A stretch of DNA of 64,000 bases, from NCBI GenBank assembly GCA_030167865.1, contig JALAGF010005483.1, positions 1 through 64,000 on the forward strand. The letters are read 5' to 3'. Below are positions 1 to 12,975 of this stretch, one piece after another; the first letter of the stretch is position 1, and every line of letters starts with the position of its first letter. The notes beneath the pieces are model-generated. The model did no database searches, was not told where the DNA came from, and was given only the letters and a program-made list of their open reading frames with translations. The stretch is from Craspedostauros australis (lineage: Eukaryota). The translations under genes and the position numbers were made by a program.

Positions 1-1580
1 GCGAGACACTGGGATGGAGTTGAGCTGATCGAAGGAAGGCACATCATCAGTGACAGGGTTCACGTCGTGATTGCGCATCCAGTCGAGGGAGTTCTCGATG
101 TCGCGCGCACGTTCACGTGGAGTCTGACCTGGACGGGTTGGGATCATCTGGTCGATCTTCTTGAACTCTCCAGTTGGATCCAACGAATCAGGCTTGCCAT
201 TGCGCATCCAGTTCAACACGTCATCGATGTCCTTGCTGCGCTCCTCTGGGGAGCGACGAGACACTGGAATNNNNNNNNNNNNNNNNNNNNNNNNNNNNNN
301 NNNNGGATGCCAGCTTGTCGAATGGAACGTCGGCATCGCTGTCATCAGCATCGGTTGGCTTCGTGTTGCGCATCCAATCAAGGGCGCTCTCGATGTCACG
401 AGCACGATCCTCTGGAGTCTGGCTCTTCTTCTGTGGGAGCATCTGGTCGATCTTCTTGAACTCGCCAGTTGGGTCGTCCTCATCGTTCTTGCCGTTGCGA
501 GCCCAGTTCAGGACATCATCAATGTCCTTGGTGCGTTCTTCTGGAGAGCGGCGAGAAACTGGGATGGAGTTGAGCTGGTCGAAGGATGGGATCGAATCCT
601 CATCAGGCTTCAATCCCTTGTTGCGCATCCAGTCAAGGGCGCTCTCGATGTCTCGAGCACGGTCCTCTGGGGTCTGACCTGGACGGGTTGGCATCATCTG
701 GTCGATCTTCTTGAACTCGCCGGTTGGGTCATCCTCGGTATCTTTGCCGCTGCGCATCCAGTTGAGCACGTCATCGATATCGTTCGCGCGCTCCTCTGGA
801 GAGCGGCGGGACACCGGAATGGATCCAAGCTTGTCGAATGGGGCAACAGAATCGTCGCTGTCGTCGGGCTTCAGCCCCTTGTTGCGCATCCAGTCAAGGG
901 CGCTTTCGATGTCTCGGGCACGATCCTCTGGAGTCTGGCTCTTCTTCTGTGGGAGCATCTGGTCGATCTTCTTGAACTCGCCAGTTGGGTCGTCCTCATC
1001 GTTCTTGCCGTTGCGCATCCAGTTGAGCATTCTTTCGATATCCTTGCTGCGTTCCTCTGGAGAGCGCTTCGACACTGGGATGGAGTTGAGCTGATCGAAG
1101 GAAGGCACATCATCAGTGACAGGGTTCACGTCTTGGTTGCGCATCCAGTCAAGGGCGCTCTCGATGTCGCGAGCACGTTCTCGCGGGCTCTGGCCTGGTC
1201 GAGTTGGGATCATCTGGTCGATCTTCTTGAATTCGCCGGTTGGATCTTCGCCGTCATCCTTGCCGCTGCGCATCCAGTTGAGGACATCATCGATGTCCTT
1301 CGTACGCTCCTCTGGTGATCGGCGGGATATTGGCAACATGGAATGTGCTTGGAAAGATGGGTCGGTCTCGTCTTGGTCCACGTTACTGGGCTGGTTGCGC
1401 ATCCAGTCAAGGGCGCTCTCGATCTCCCGAGCACGATCCTCCGGAGTCTGACTCTTCTTCTGTGGGAGCACCTGATCGATCATTCTGAACTCGCCAGTTG
1501 GGTCCAAGTCATCGTCGTTCTTGCCCTTGTTCCGAAGCCAGTTCAAGATGTCATCGACATCCATGCCTCGTTCTTCAGGA
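1..1580 (-). repeat. Second coding tandem array, 255-261-bp unit with a ~516-bp higher-order period
   Basis: GTCGATCTTCTTGAA recurs near 151, 446, 701, 962 and 1217. PQKKSQ-type and PTRPGQ-type units alternate; GGCTCTTCTTCTGTGGGAGC is at 421 and 937. Confidence 0.9.
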
Positions 1581-4500
1581 GATCGCTTCGATCCTGGAAT
1601 GTGGGACGAGGGAGCCGGCAAGTCGCTTTGCGAAGCGGCAACGTCCAAGGGTGCTCCAGTGTTTCGGATCCAATCCAGTGCACGTTCGATGTCGTTTGCT
1701 CGATCATCCAACGATTGCTTGGGCTTGAATGGCAGCTGCTGGTCGATTTTGCGGAATTCTTCAGATGCGTCGTCATTTGTCGGTTTCCCGTTTCTGAGCC
1801 ATGTGAGTATCTGGTTCTTGTCGTTGAGCCTGTCCTCTGGTGTGCGCAGGGTCACTGGAAGCGACTTGATTGTCTTGAACGGCTTGTTCTTGGCAGTGGC
1901 GGAAGGTTGGACGCCTTGGTTTCGCATCCAATCCATGGCTGCTTCAATATCCTTCGCTCTATCATCTGGAGACTGGCGGCTCTTTCGTGGCATGGCTGCG
2001 TCGATCAGCTTCATCGTGCCACCAGGATCCATGTTGGCTGGTTTCCCATTTCTGATCCACTCAGCGATTTTTGAGGCTTCGTTGAACCGATCTTCAGGGC
2101 TGTTCTTCGTGGCTGGGACAAATCCCGCTGCTCTGTTGAACTCGTCCACGAAATCATCAGTGGGTTGGAGACCTCTGTTGCGGAGCCAGTCCAACGCCCC
2201 TTCTATCGCTTGCGCTCTGTCGCTGGAAGATTGGCTACGCTTGTGAGGAATGATTTGATCAACCTTGTTGAACTCTCCTGTTGGGTCATCGGAGTCTGAC
2301 TTTCCACCTCGGATCCAAGAGAAAATCTTGTCTAGGTCATCGGTACGTTGCTCTGGGGTACGCCGAGGCATGTTGATGCTTCCTTTCTTTTCGAACGAAT
2401 CAACGTCCTCGTCAGGCGTGCGGAATCCATTGTTTCGAATCCAATCAATCGCACCTTCGAGTTGCTTCGCTCTTTTCTTTTTCGACTGCTTCTTTGGGCG
2501 TGACATGAGTTGATCAACCTTCTTAAATTCGCCCACTGGGTCCAAACTTGCGGACTTCTGGTTGCGCAGCCAGTCCAAGATCTGCGCTTCAGTTCCAGCG
2601 CGTTCTTCCGGAGATCGCGCAGAAGATGGGAATGTGCCAAGCGGTTTGAAAGCTACGCCACAAGGCTCGTTCTCAGCACCCAGGTTTTGAGCTTGTCGCA
2701 ACCAATCCAATGCCCCCTCGATGCTACGAGCGCGATCTTCTGGTGATTCACCACGCTTCTTGGGAAGAACGGAATCCAATTTGCGGAATTCGCCAGTTGG
2801 ATCGAACAAGTCATCATCCTTGCCCTTGTTGCGCATCCAGTTCAGAGCATCTTCGGTGTCCTGGGCACGTTGCTCAGGGGTGCGAATTGAGCTTGGAATC
2901 ATCCCAAGCTTGTCCAACACCGATTCGGTATCATTGTCGTCTGGGGCCAGGTCGTTGTTACGCAACCAGTCCAATGCACCCTCGATGTCACGAGCGCGAT
3001 CTTCGGGGGACTGGCCACGCTTGATTGGCATCATGGCATCCAGCTTGCGGAACTCGCCGGTCGGGTCCAGGAGGTCATCGTTCTTGCCCTTGTTGCGCAT
3101 CCAGTTCAGGGCGTCTTCCATGTCCTGGGCACGTTGCTCAGGGGTGCGACGTGGTGCTGGGACTGCTCCGAGCTTCTCGAAGTCGAGGATGGCATCGACA
3201 CCATCAGCGCCAACGCTCTCATTTCTCAGCCAATCCATCGCGCCCTCGATGTCACGAGCGCGATCTTCAGCAGACTGGCCACGCTTGATTGGCATCATGG
3301 CATCCAGCTTGCGGAACTCGCCGGTCGGGTCCAGGAGGTCGTCGTTCTTGCCCTTGTTGCGCATCCAGTTCAGAGCATCTTCCATGTCCTTCGAGCGCTG
3401 CTCTGGCGTGCGACGGGACATTGGCACGGAGCCAATAGCATCAAAGCCTGGAATGGCATCGACATCATCAGGACCCACACCCTTGCTTCGCATCCAGTCA
3501 AGAGCACTCTCGATGTCACGAGCGCGATCTTCGGCAGACTGGCCACGCTTGATTGGCATCATGGCATCCAGCTTGCGGAACTCGCCGGTCGGGTCCAGAA
3601 GATCGTCGTTCTTGCCCTTGTTGCGCATCCAGTTGAGCGCGTCTTCCATGTCCTGTGCACGTTGCTCTGGCGTGCGACGGGACATTGGCACGGAGCCAAT
3701 GGCATCAAAGCCTGGAATGGCATCGACATCATCGGCACCCATACCCTTGCTTCGCATCCAGTCAAGAGCACCCTCGATGTCACGNNNNNNNNNNNNNNNN
3801 GACTGGCCACGCTTGATTGGCATCATGGCATCCAGCTTGCGGAACTCGCCAGTTGGATCCAAGAGGTCATCGTTCTTGCCCTTGTTGCGCATCCAGTTCA
3901 GCGCATCTTCCATGTCCTGTGCACGTTGCTCAGGGGTGCGACGTGGTGCTGGGGCGGAACCCAACTTGTAGAAGTCTGGGATGGCATCGACATCATCGGC
4001 ACCCACACCCTTGCTTCGCATCCAGTCAAGAGCACCCTCGATGTCACGGGCACGATCTTCGGCAGACTGGCCACGCTTGATTGGCATCATGGCATCCAGC
4101 TTGCGGAACTCGCCGGTCGGGTCCAGAAGATCGTCGTTCTTGCCCTTGTTGCGCATCCAGTTGAGCGCGTCTTCCATGTCCTTCGAGCGCTGCTCTGGCG
4201 TGCGACGGGACATTGGCACGGAGCCAATGGCATCAAAGCCTGGGATGGCATCGACATCATCGGCACCCATACCCTTGCTTCGCATCCAGTCAAGAGCACT
4301 CTCGATGTCACGAGCGCGATCTTCGGCAGACTGGCCACGCTTGATTGGCATCATGGCATCCAGCTTGCGGAACTCGCCAGTTGGGTCCAGAAGATCGTCG
4401 TTCTTGCCCTTGTTGCGCATCCAGTTCAGGGCATCTTCCATGTCCTGGGCACGTTGCTCAGGGGTGCGACGTGGTGCTGGGGCGGAACCCAACTTGTAGA

Positions 4501-7500
4501 AGTCTGGAATGGCATCGACATCATCGGCACCCACACCCTTGCTTCGCATCCAGTCAAGAGCACCCTCGATGTCACGNNNNNNNNNNNNNNNNNNNNNNNN
4601 NNNNNNNNNNNNNNNNNNNNNNNNNNGATTGGCATCATGGCATCCAGCTTGCGGAACTCGCCGGTCGGGTCCAGAAGATCGTCGTTCTTGCCCTTGTTGC
4701 GCATCCAGTTCAGAGCATCTTCCATGTCCTGTGCACGTTGCTCAGGGGTGCGACGGGACATTGGCACGGAGCCAATGGCATCAAAGCCTGGAATGGCATC
4801 GACATCATCGGCACCCATACCCTTGCTTCGCATCCAGTCAAGAGCACCCTCGATGTCACGGGCACGATCTTCGGCAGACTGGCCACGCTTGACGGGCATC
4901 ATGGCATCCAGCTTGCGGAACTCGCCAGTTGGATCCAAGAGGTCGTCATTCTTGCCCTTGTTGCGCATCCAGTTGAGCGCGTCTTCCATGTCCTGGGCAC
5001 GTTGCTCAGGGGTGCGATGGGACATTGGCACGGAGCCAATGGCATCAAAGCCTGGGATGGCATCGACATCATCGGCACCCATACCCTTGCTTCGCATCCA
5101 GTCAAGAGCACCCTCGATGTCACGAGCGCGATCTTCGGCAGACTGGCCACGCTTGATTGGCATCATGGCATCCAGCTTGCGGAACTCGCCAGTTGGGTCC
5201 AGAAGATCGTCGTTCTTGCCCTTGTTGCGCATCCAGTTCAGGGCATCTTCCATGTCCTGGGCACGTTGCTCAGGGGTGCGACGTGGTGCTGGGGCGGAAC
5301 CCAACTTGTAGAAGTCTGGAATGGCATCGACATCATCGGCACCCACACCCTTGCTTCGCATCCAGTCAAGAGCACCCTCGATGTCACGNNNNNNNNNNNN
5401 NNNNNNNNNNNNNNNNNNNNNNNNNNNNNNNNNNNNNNGCACGGAGCCAATGGCATCAAAGCCTGGGATGGCATCGACATCATCGGCACCCATACCCTTG
5501 CTTCGCATCCAGTCAAGAGCACCCTCGATGTCACGAGCGCGATCTTCGGCAGACTGGCCACGCTTGATTGGCATCATGGCATCCAGCTTGCGGAACTCGC
5601 CAGTTGGGTCCAGAAGATCGTCGTTCTTGCCCTTGTTGCGCATCCAGTTCAGGGCATCTTCCATGTCCTGGGCACGTTGCTCAGGGGTGCGACGTGGTGC
5701 TGGGGCGGAACCCAACTTGTAGAAGTCTGGAATGGCATCGACATCATCGGCACCCACACCCTTGCTTCGCATCCAGTCAAGAGCACCCTCGATGTCACGA
5801 GCGCGATCTTCAGCAGACTGGCCACGCTTGATTGGCATCATGGCATCCAGCTTGCGGAACTCGCCAGTCGGATCCAAGAGGTCATCGTTCTTGCCCTTGT
5901 TGCGCATCCAGTTCAGGGCATCTTCCATGTCCTGGGCACGTTGTTCAGGGGTGCGACGGGACACTGGCACGGAGCCGATGGCATCAAAGCCTGGAATGGC
6001 ATCGACATCATCGGCACCCATACCCTTGCTTCGCATCCAGTCAAGAGCACCCTCGATGTCACGNNNNNNNNNNNNNNNNGACTGGCCACGCTTGATTGGC
6101 ATCATGGCATCCAGCTTGCGGAACTCGCCAGTTGGATCCAAGAGGTCATCGTTCTTGCCCTTGTTGCGCATCCAGTTGAGCGCGTCTTCCATGTCCTGGG
6201 CACGTTGTTCAGGGGTGCGACGGGACATCGGGACGGAGCCAATAGCATCAAAGCCTGGGATGGAGGCGTCACTGTCGGCGATAATGCCCTTGCTTCTCAT
6301 CCACGACAAGACATTTGCCATATCCTCTGCGGTCTGCTCTGGTGATTCGTGTCCTTGTGTTGGGAGAGATGCGTGGATCTTTCGGAATGCTCCTGTCGGA
6401 TCACACTCATCATCGTTGGTCCCCTCATTGCGCAACCAGTTCATGATATTCGCAATATCCGAGGATCTCTGTTTTGAGTCTTGGTCCAGAAATTCCATGG
6501 ACTGCAGTTCTTCCAAAGAAGGGATTGCGTGATCACTGTCAGGGATCAAGCCCTGGGACCTCATCCAGTTCATAGAGTTGAGGATATCGCTTGCTCTGTC
6601 TTCGTCGCTTTGGCCAGGCTTGTTTGGCAACGAAGCATCGATCTTGGCAAACAACCCAGCGTGGTCAAAGTCTGGTCCTGCGACCTCTTTGTCGCTTCTG
6701 ATCCAGTTGAGGATATCATCGTATGTGCTCTCGTCGTATGCTGGTGAGCGATTCGTCGCAGAAAAATCAGTGTTCTTACCGAAGACGTCATCCTCGTCGT
6801 CGTCATCGAATCCTGGGGCCAGACCGCGGTTGCGCATCCACGACAGGCCGTCCAGAATCTGATTTGCGCGTTCGGTTTCACTCTGCCCGCTCTTCGCGGG
6901 CAAAGCGGCATCGAGCTGGGCGAACATGCCGGTTGGATCCAGCGAGTCGTTCTTGTCACCTCTCAACCAATTGAGAATATTCTGAAGGTCCTGATTGTTT
7001 CCAACGCCACCTGCCGCAGCGGCAGCTGTTCCGAATGGCATCGTGACCATCGCGTCGCTTTCGATGGTACCAAAGTCATCGAGGTCAACACCATTCTCGC
7101 GCAACCAGTTCAACGCATTTTCCATGCCCTTGGCTCTGTCCTCGGCATCTTCGCCTTCCTTCTTGGGAAGCATGAGATCGAGTTTAGAGAAAACGTCGGC
7201 AAAGTCGAGGACATTGTCGTTGCTTTCGCCTCTGAGCCAGTCGAGGGCCGCGTCAGTGTCGGACGATCTCTGCTCAGCTGTGCGGTACTCGATGGGTGCA
7301 TCGCCCGACTTGGGGAAGAATGTGATTCCGTCCTCCGGATCCTCATCAACAAGGCCTTGGGAACGCAGCCAGTTGAGCGCGCCCTCCATATCTGCGGCCC
7401 TTTCATCGAACGATTCATAATCCCCTGGTGGGATCAAATCTTCAAGTGCGGCGAAGGGCGAGATCGGATCGTTATCGGTTCCACCCTCACGAAGGAAGTC

Positions 7501-10500
7501 GAGAATGTTGTCGAGGTCTTCTTTTCTGGCCTCGGCAGATCTCGCCTTGATTGGCATCGAAGATGAGAGCAGGTCGAAGGTGGGGACGAATTCGTTGTCG
7601 TCAACATCCAGTCCCTGAGATCTGAGCCAGCTGAGAGCGTTTTCCATCTCCTTGGCTCTGTCTTCATCGGATTGACCGCTCTTCTTTGGTAGAAGCGCGT
7701 CGATCCTGTTGAACTTGGAGTCGTCGTCGTCGTCATCGTCGTCAGCGCCACCCTTACCTCTCAACCATGCCAGTGCGCCTTCGAGGTCATCTGCTCTCGA
7801 GCCGGCAAGGTCGCCTTCGATCTTGCCAAACTCATCGAATTGGATATCAGAAGTGATGTCGTCACCCACATCCGTGCCATTCTTGCGCAACCAGTTGAGC
7901 GCGTTGGACATGGCCTCTGCGTCTCGTTCCTCCTTCGATTTGACGCCAAAGCCAGGCATCATCGAGAATGGATCGTCGGTGTCGTCCAAGGACTCGGCAT
8001 CATGGTTGCGGAGCCAGTCAAGGGCGTTGGCCATTTCCTTGTTCCTCTCGTCGGGGCTGCGTCCGAGTGCATCGATGGTGCCAAACTTCTCATCCAAGCC
8101 AGAAAAGTCTGGAGACTCCTGATCGAAGTCTGCGCCGTTCTTGCGAAGCCAGGCCAAAGCTCTCTCCATCTCCTTGGCCTTTCGCTGTTCTGCAGTACTC
8201 ATGCCGGAGAGGCCGAGTTCAGGCGAGTCGTCTTCGTCGATGTCGTTCAGTGAAGCTGGTTGTTCGTTCTTGCGCAGCCATCCGAGCGCGCTCTCGAAGT
8301 CGGAGTCCTTGCCCAGACCTCCTGGGATGGACATGCTGTCCAAAGACTCGAAGCCTGCGAGGGATGGGTCGGCATCGGCATTGTCTCCCACCGAGGCATT
8401 GTTCTGACGGAGCCAATCCAAGGATCGGGCCATTTCGTTGGCGCGCTTCTGTTCTGCGGTTTCGGGGAGAACCGGTACGAACGATGAAAGGTCGTCAGCC
8501 TTGGTGGATTGATCATCAATGCCTGGCACGGACGACTGTTGGCGCGAGCGCATCCAGTCAAGTGCGGAGGCGAGGTCGCTGTTGGTTTCCCCCGTCGGGA
8601 TCCCTCCTGCGATCTTCTTGAAGCTCGCGACCGACATGGCAACCGACATTTCGTCGTCCATGTCAAGTTCGGCGTCATTGGTTCTCAACCAATCAAGCGC
8701 GTTCGCCATCTCTGCGGCACGCTTCTCCTCCTCCGTCATCGCACCAAACGCTCTGGATGCCATCGGCGTGGCGGGACCTGCAGAAGCTTCGTCGTCATCG
8801 TCCGCTCCGCGCTTGCGGAGCCAGTCGAGGGCGCTGCCGAGATCACTTGAACCTCCGGCGGCGCCACGTCCACCGGCCTTGCTGAGCACGGAGTCGATCT
8901 TCTTGAAACTTGCGACAGTCTCATCGTCGACGTCGGTTTTGGTCCGGAGCCAGTTGAGGGCGTTGTCTAGACTGGGGGGACCATCGTTGTCGGCAGACTT
9001 CGGCATGAGAGAGTCGATCTTCTTGAAAGTGGCGACGGAGAATGCGACCGACATGTCGTCGTCCATGTCGAGCTCTGCGTCGTTGTTCTTCAGCCAATCC
9101 AACGCGCTCGACATCTCCTGGGCACGCTTCTCTTCTTCGGTCAGTGGCCCGGACGGTTTCTTCACGGTCTCCTTCGGCTTCGGAGCTGGTTGGTTCTCGG
9201 AGTTGTACCAGGTGAACGTGTCGTTCAGCTGCTTGGCCATGTCCAGATCCATTGCAAGGTGGTTGTTGCGGAGCCAGTCGATCTGTCCGTCCTCGGACAT
9301 GCCGCGTCTGATGTCCGCCCAGAGCTTGGCGAGTGCGTCGATCTTCTTGAGCTTCTCCTTGTCGGATTTGCCCATGCCAGCATCGTCCATGGTGAACTTC
9401 TTCTTTCTCCACCACGAAAGCGCCTCCTCGATTTCCTTGATGGTCTTCTTGTCCTTGCCCTTCTTACCACCCCACGCCTGGAGGATCTTGCGGAGCTTGC
9501 TGGCCTCGGGCTCGTCGGAATCGTCGAGGTGGAATCCCTTGCTCTTGTTGCGGAACCAATCGAACACGGTGGTGATCTCGTCGGCGATCGTCTCCAAGTC
9601 TTCGGGGCTTGTGTCCGTCTTCTGCCAGAAGTGGGCAAGCTGTTGGGCTTTGACGTATTTGTCGGCATCCTCCATCGCCTTGTCGATCTTGATGTTCTTG
9701 CCGTTTCTCTTCCACCAGCCCATGGCATCATCGAGCTCCTTCGCGGTTCTCTTCGCCTCCTTGGCAGAGAGATGCTTGAACTCGTGCTCGGCAAGACCGA
9801 GGTCGCTGTGCCATTCGGAGACGGCATCGAAGAGGTGCTTTTGACGTGTCATGGCAGGAACGGCGTCGAGACGCATCTCAACATCGTCGTAGTCCTTGCC
9901 CTTGTTCTTCCACCAGTTCATGGCGTTGATCATGTCCTTCACAGTCTTCTCGGACTGCTCTGAATCGAAGTTGTTTGCATTCATGCGGCACCATTCCATC
10001 ATGCAGTCCTTGAGGCGCATCAATTCCTGGCGCTGGGCTGGTGTGATGTCCATGCTTGCAAAGTCGAAGTGTTGCCCGTTTGCGCGCCAAAGATCGATTG
10101 CGGAGACAAGCTCCTTGGTGAGGGCCTTGGAACGCTTCCAAGTGAAGTCCTGGCCGATCTCACGAGGCTTCCAGATGTCCAACAGTCCCTTGATGTTGTT
10201 CACGTTGACGATGTCGAAAGGCGAGGCCGTTTCGATGTCGAACTTGTCGCCGTTCTTGCGCCACCAGGACAGGGAGCCCAGGATGTCATCCGCGACATCG
10301 TCAGCGGCGTCTTCGTCGAGACTTTCGGCTGCGGTCAAGCGCCAATCGATCATGGCCTGTTGAAGTCGGCGGAACTTCTCGCCTTCCTCGCCCTCCATCT
10401 CAAACACGGCAGTGTCGTACTTGTTGCGGCGGAACATGATGAGGGAATCCGCGATGTCCTTCAAGTTCTTGGAGGTGCAGTTTGCTTTGTATCCCCAAAC

Positions 10501-12552
10501 GGACATGAGGCCCTGAGCCTTCTTGAACTTGGCAACCTCTTGCGGGCTGGCCGCGTCAAGGTTGAGCTTGTATCCAGTGCTCCTGTACCACTGCATGACC
10601 TCCGTCATCTCCTCTCCCATCATCTTGACCGCACGAGGGTCCAACTCGTCGCGGCGAAGCTGGATGAGGGCGTGCTTCACCTTCTTCAAGGCTTCGGCCT
10701 GGAGCGGGTCAAGGTCTCCCACCGGGGTGTCCTTGTACTTGGCCCACATGGAAAGTGCGCTCTTGATCTCCTTCATGCGCTGATCCAGAGGATCGCCGTG
10801 CTTGAACCCGAAGTGTGCCAAGAGGCTCTGCGCCTTGCGGAACATCTCCTCCTCCTCCGCCGTGGCGGCCATGGGGTCGTAGGTTTCGGCGTTCGCGCGC
10901 CACCAGGAGACGGCATCCTGGATATCGCGAGCGCTGTTGTCTTCGTTCAAACGCCAGTCCACGAAGAGGTCCTGCACACGCTGCATGGGGTCGGACTTGT
11001 AGAACGGATCGTTCAGGTCCAAATCACCGGACATGAACAGCCCGAGAGAGCCGAGTATGTCCTTCGAGAGCTGCTGGGCTCGTTTAACGTCGTCAGACGG
11101 ATCGAAGCTCTCCCAGTTCTGCTGGGGCAAGTCGACGAGGTCCCACGACCCGAAGAGTTGATTGACCTTCTTGAACTTGGCCTGTTCCTGTTCAAATTCC
11201 TTCATGTCCTCGACGTGCTCGTCTCCTCTCTTCTCCCACCAGGTGAGCGAGTCGCGGATCTCGCGTGCCTTGCGCTCAGCCTCGTTGCCGATCTTGTCCC
11301 ACTTGCTCATGGCGTTGCTGACCTTGATGGCCTTCTTCACCGTGGGGTCGTAGTCCTCGGACGACGGCGGAACGTAGTCCTGGTTCATGGAGCACCACTC
11401 GACGATCTTCTTCATGCCTTCGATGCCACCGAAGTCCTTACCGAGACTTGCCGCGAGGTCATCGGCGTCGTCAGCGGCGTCGTCGACGGTGTGGTTCCAC
11501 CAATCCACGGCATTGCGCATCTTCTTGGTGCGCTTCTCCACTTCGGCGGTTGGGAGGTCCGCCTTTCCGGTCTTGGAGGCCTTCCCGCCTCCGCCTTCGG
11601 GACCAGGTAAAGCCGAACGCAGCTCTCGCTCTTTCGCGTTCTCCTCCTGCTTGGCCTTGAGCATGCTCATGAGGTCAGGCATCTCCTCGGTCTTGAACTC
11701 CGTCTGGTTGGAGAAGATGGACATGCCATCGTCCACCGTGGACGTGTCATCTATCTCCCACCAGTTGTCACTGCCGGAGGTCTTGGCCTTCTTGGCGGCC
11801 CCTCCTGCCTCCTTCGGCTTGCTGGCCCCTCCAGATCCTCCAGGATCGGTACCGGCACCGTCACCTGCACCGTCTTCCTCCGCGGCTTCTGGCCTGGTGA
11901 GCCATGCCATCGCGCTCGCCATCTCCATGGCACGTTGCGTGGCCTCGTCCGCGTTGGACTTCGCCTTGACAGTCGAAGATCCCTGACCGGGGTACTTCGC
12001 GGACATGGATGTTCCGACCGAGCGGTCGTCATCGAAAGCCGATTGCTTGGGACCAGCCCCCAACATGCGAGTCAAGCTCGCCATGAGGGAAGGTCCTTGG
12101 GGTGCCTCCTCCGGGCGCGGCGGCGGCGATTCGGGGTGTTGAATCAGCGCCGGCGGCGGCCCGATTGGCACGTCCACAGGCTCCGGAGCCGGTGGCTGCG
12201 GCGGTGCGGGCTGATGGCGACCCGCCACTCGCACAGGCGAAGACACCGCAGCCGCAGGTCTGGACCCACGCTGCGCGCCCGGTCCAGGGGCCTGTCCCTG
12301 CTTCGGCTTGCGAAGCTCGGGTGGGATCTCCATCCCAGGCCCGAAGATCGGCGCCGGACGTCTTGGTCGGAACAGCTCCGGCGGCGGATCGGGTGCCCTG
12401 AAGGTTGCGCGGCGGTTAGGCGGCACATAGGGCATGCGGGTGGTCACCACAGGCACGCGGCGACGTTCGCGGTCACGGCGTTGCTGCTCGATGCGCTCGG
12501 CAGCCTGCCTTTCCTCCTCTTCCTCCTCGGGTCCAAGTGTCCACCAAGCCAT
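1..12552 (-). CDS. Giant Trp-motif tandem-repeat protein of unknown function (>4,100 aa, 3' end outside window)
   Basis: ORFs 4426..12552 and 221..4549 encode the same repeat and are separated only by N-gaps, which account for the frame changes. Bases 270..1 also translate without a stop (IPVSRRSPEERSKDIDDVLNWMRNGK...DQLNSIPVSR). The N-terminus is Pro-rich with no signal peptide, followed by the recurring motif RAxE/D(I/M)ExAL(D/N)W(M/L)R. Confidence 0.9.
2790..6260 (-). repeat. Near-identical coding tandem array, 264-bp (88-aa) unit, at least 13 copies
   Basis: GACTGGCCACGCTTGATTGG occurs at 3009 and 3273 (264 bp apart) and continues with that period. Unit: RDIEGALDWMRSKG...RRTPEQRAQDMEDALNWMRNKGKNDDLLDPTGEFRKLDAMMPIKRGQ. 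The array contains four N-gaps, so copy number is uncertain. Confidence 0.95.
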
Positions 12553-12624
12553 GATGAGATGAAGTTGATGTTCAGTTGGATTGTCCTTGCACGTTCAAAG
12601 AAAACGATAGATCCGAATCGATCC

Positions 12625-12975
12625 TTGTCTGTCCTGTCCTGTCCTGTCTTGCGATGTGCTTTGCTTTGCTGTGTTGCGTTGCGTTGCGTTGTGCTGTCTC
12701 GTGCTGTCTCGTGCTGTCCTGTACGAGTAATCGAGCGTGCCGAATACCTATACTCTTCTACACGTTCCTACACTTTCCTACACTACCTACACTACTACAC
12801 TTCAAAGCTATCAATACGAAGCTGGGATGGGTCCTGTCCTGCGTTGAATCGATGAAAAGACTTGTCTTTCCAAGATGCCGTCGTCGTCGTCGTCGTCGTT
12901 GCTGTTGCTTTCGCCGTTGCTGTTGCTGTTGCTGCTGTCGCCAAAGGCTTCGGTAGCTCCTGCTCCTGCTCTTGC
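12625..12975. repeat. Cluster of simple repeats ((CTGTC)n, (GCGTT)n, (GTC)n, (GTTGCT)n) upstream of the giant gene
   Basis: Directly visible short tandem repeats. Confidence 0.8.

Noticed and set aside
4577..4626. Apparent frameshift or split of the giant gene (also at 271-304)
   Set aside because: The frame changes coincide with N-gaps of placeholder length and the repeat resumes on both sides, so this is neither a pseudogene nor a programmed frameshift.
2790..6260. CRISPR-like or satellite interpretation of the periodic array
   Set aside because: There are no unique spacers, the period is a multiple of three and in frame, and the context is eukaryotic.
161..6532. Long + strand ORFs over the repeat arrays (e.g. 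161..1318, 2721..3971, 3134..5311, 4345..6345)
   Set aside because: They are antisense shadows: a stop-free repeat unit propagates an open frame, and the products look unnatural.
8519..11610. Antisense ORFs 8519..9844 and 10069..11610
   Set aside because: Explained by the strong codon bias of the minus-strand gene; no recognisable domain.
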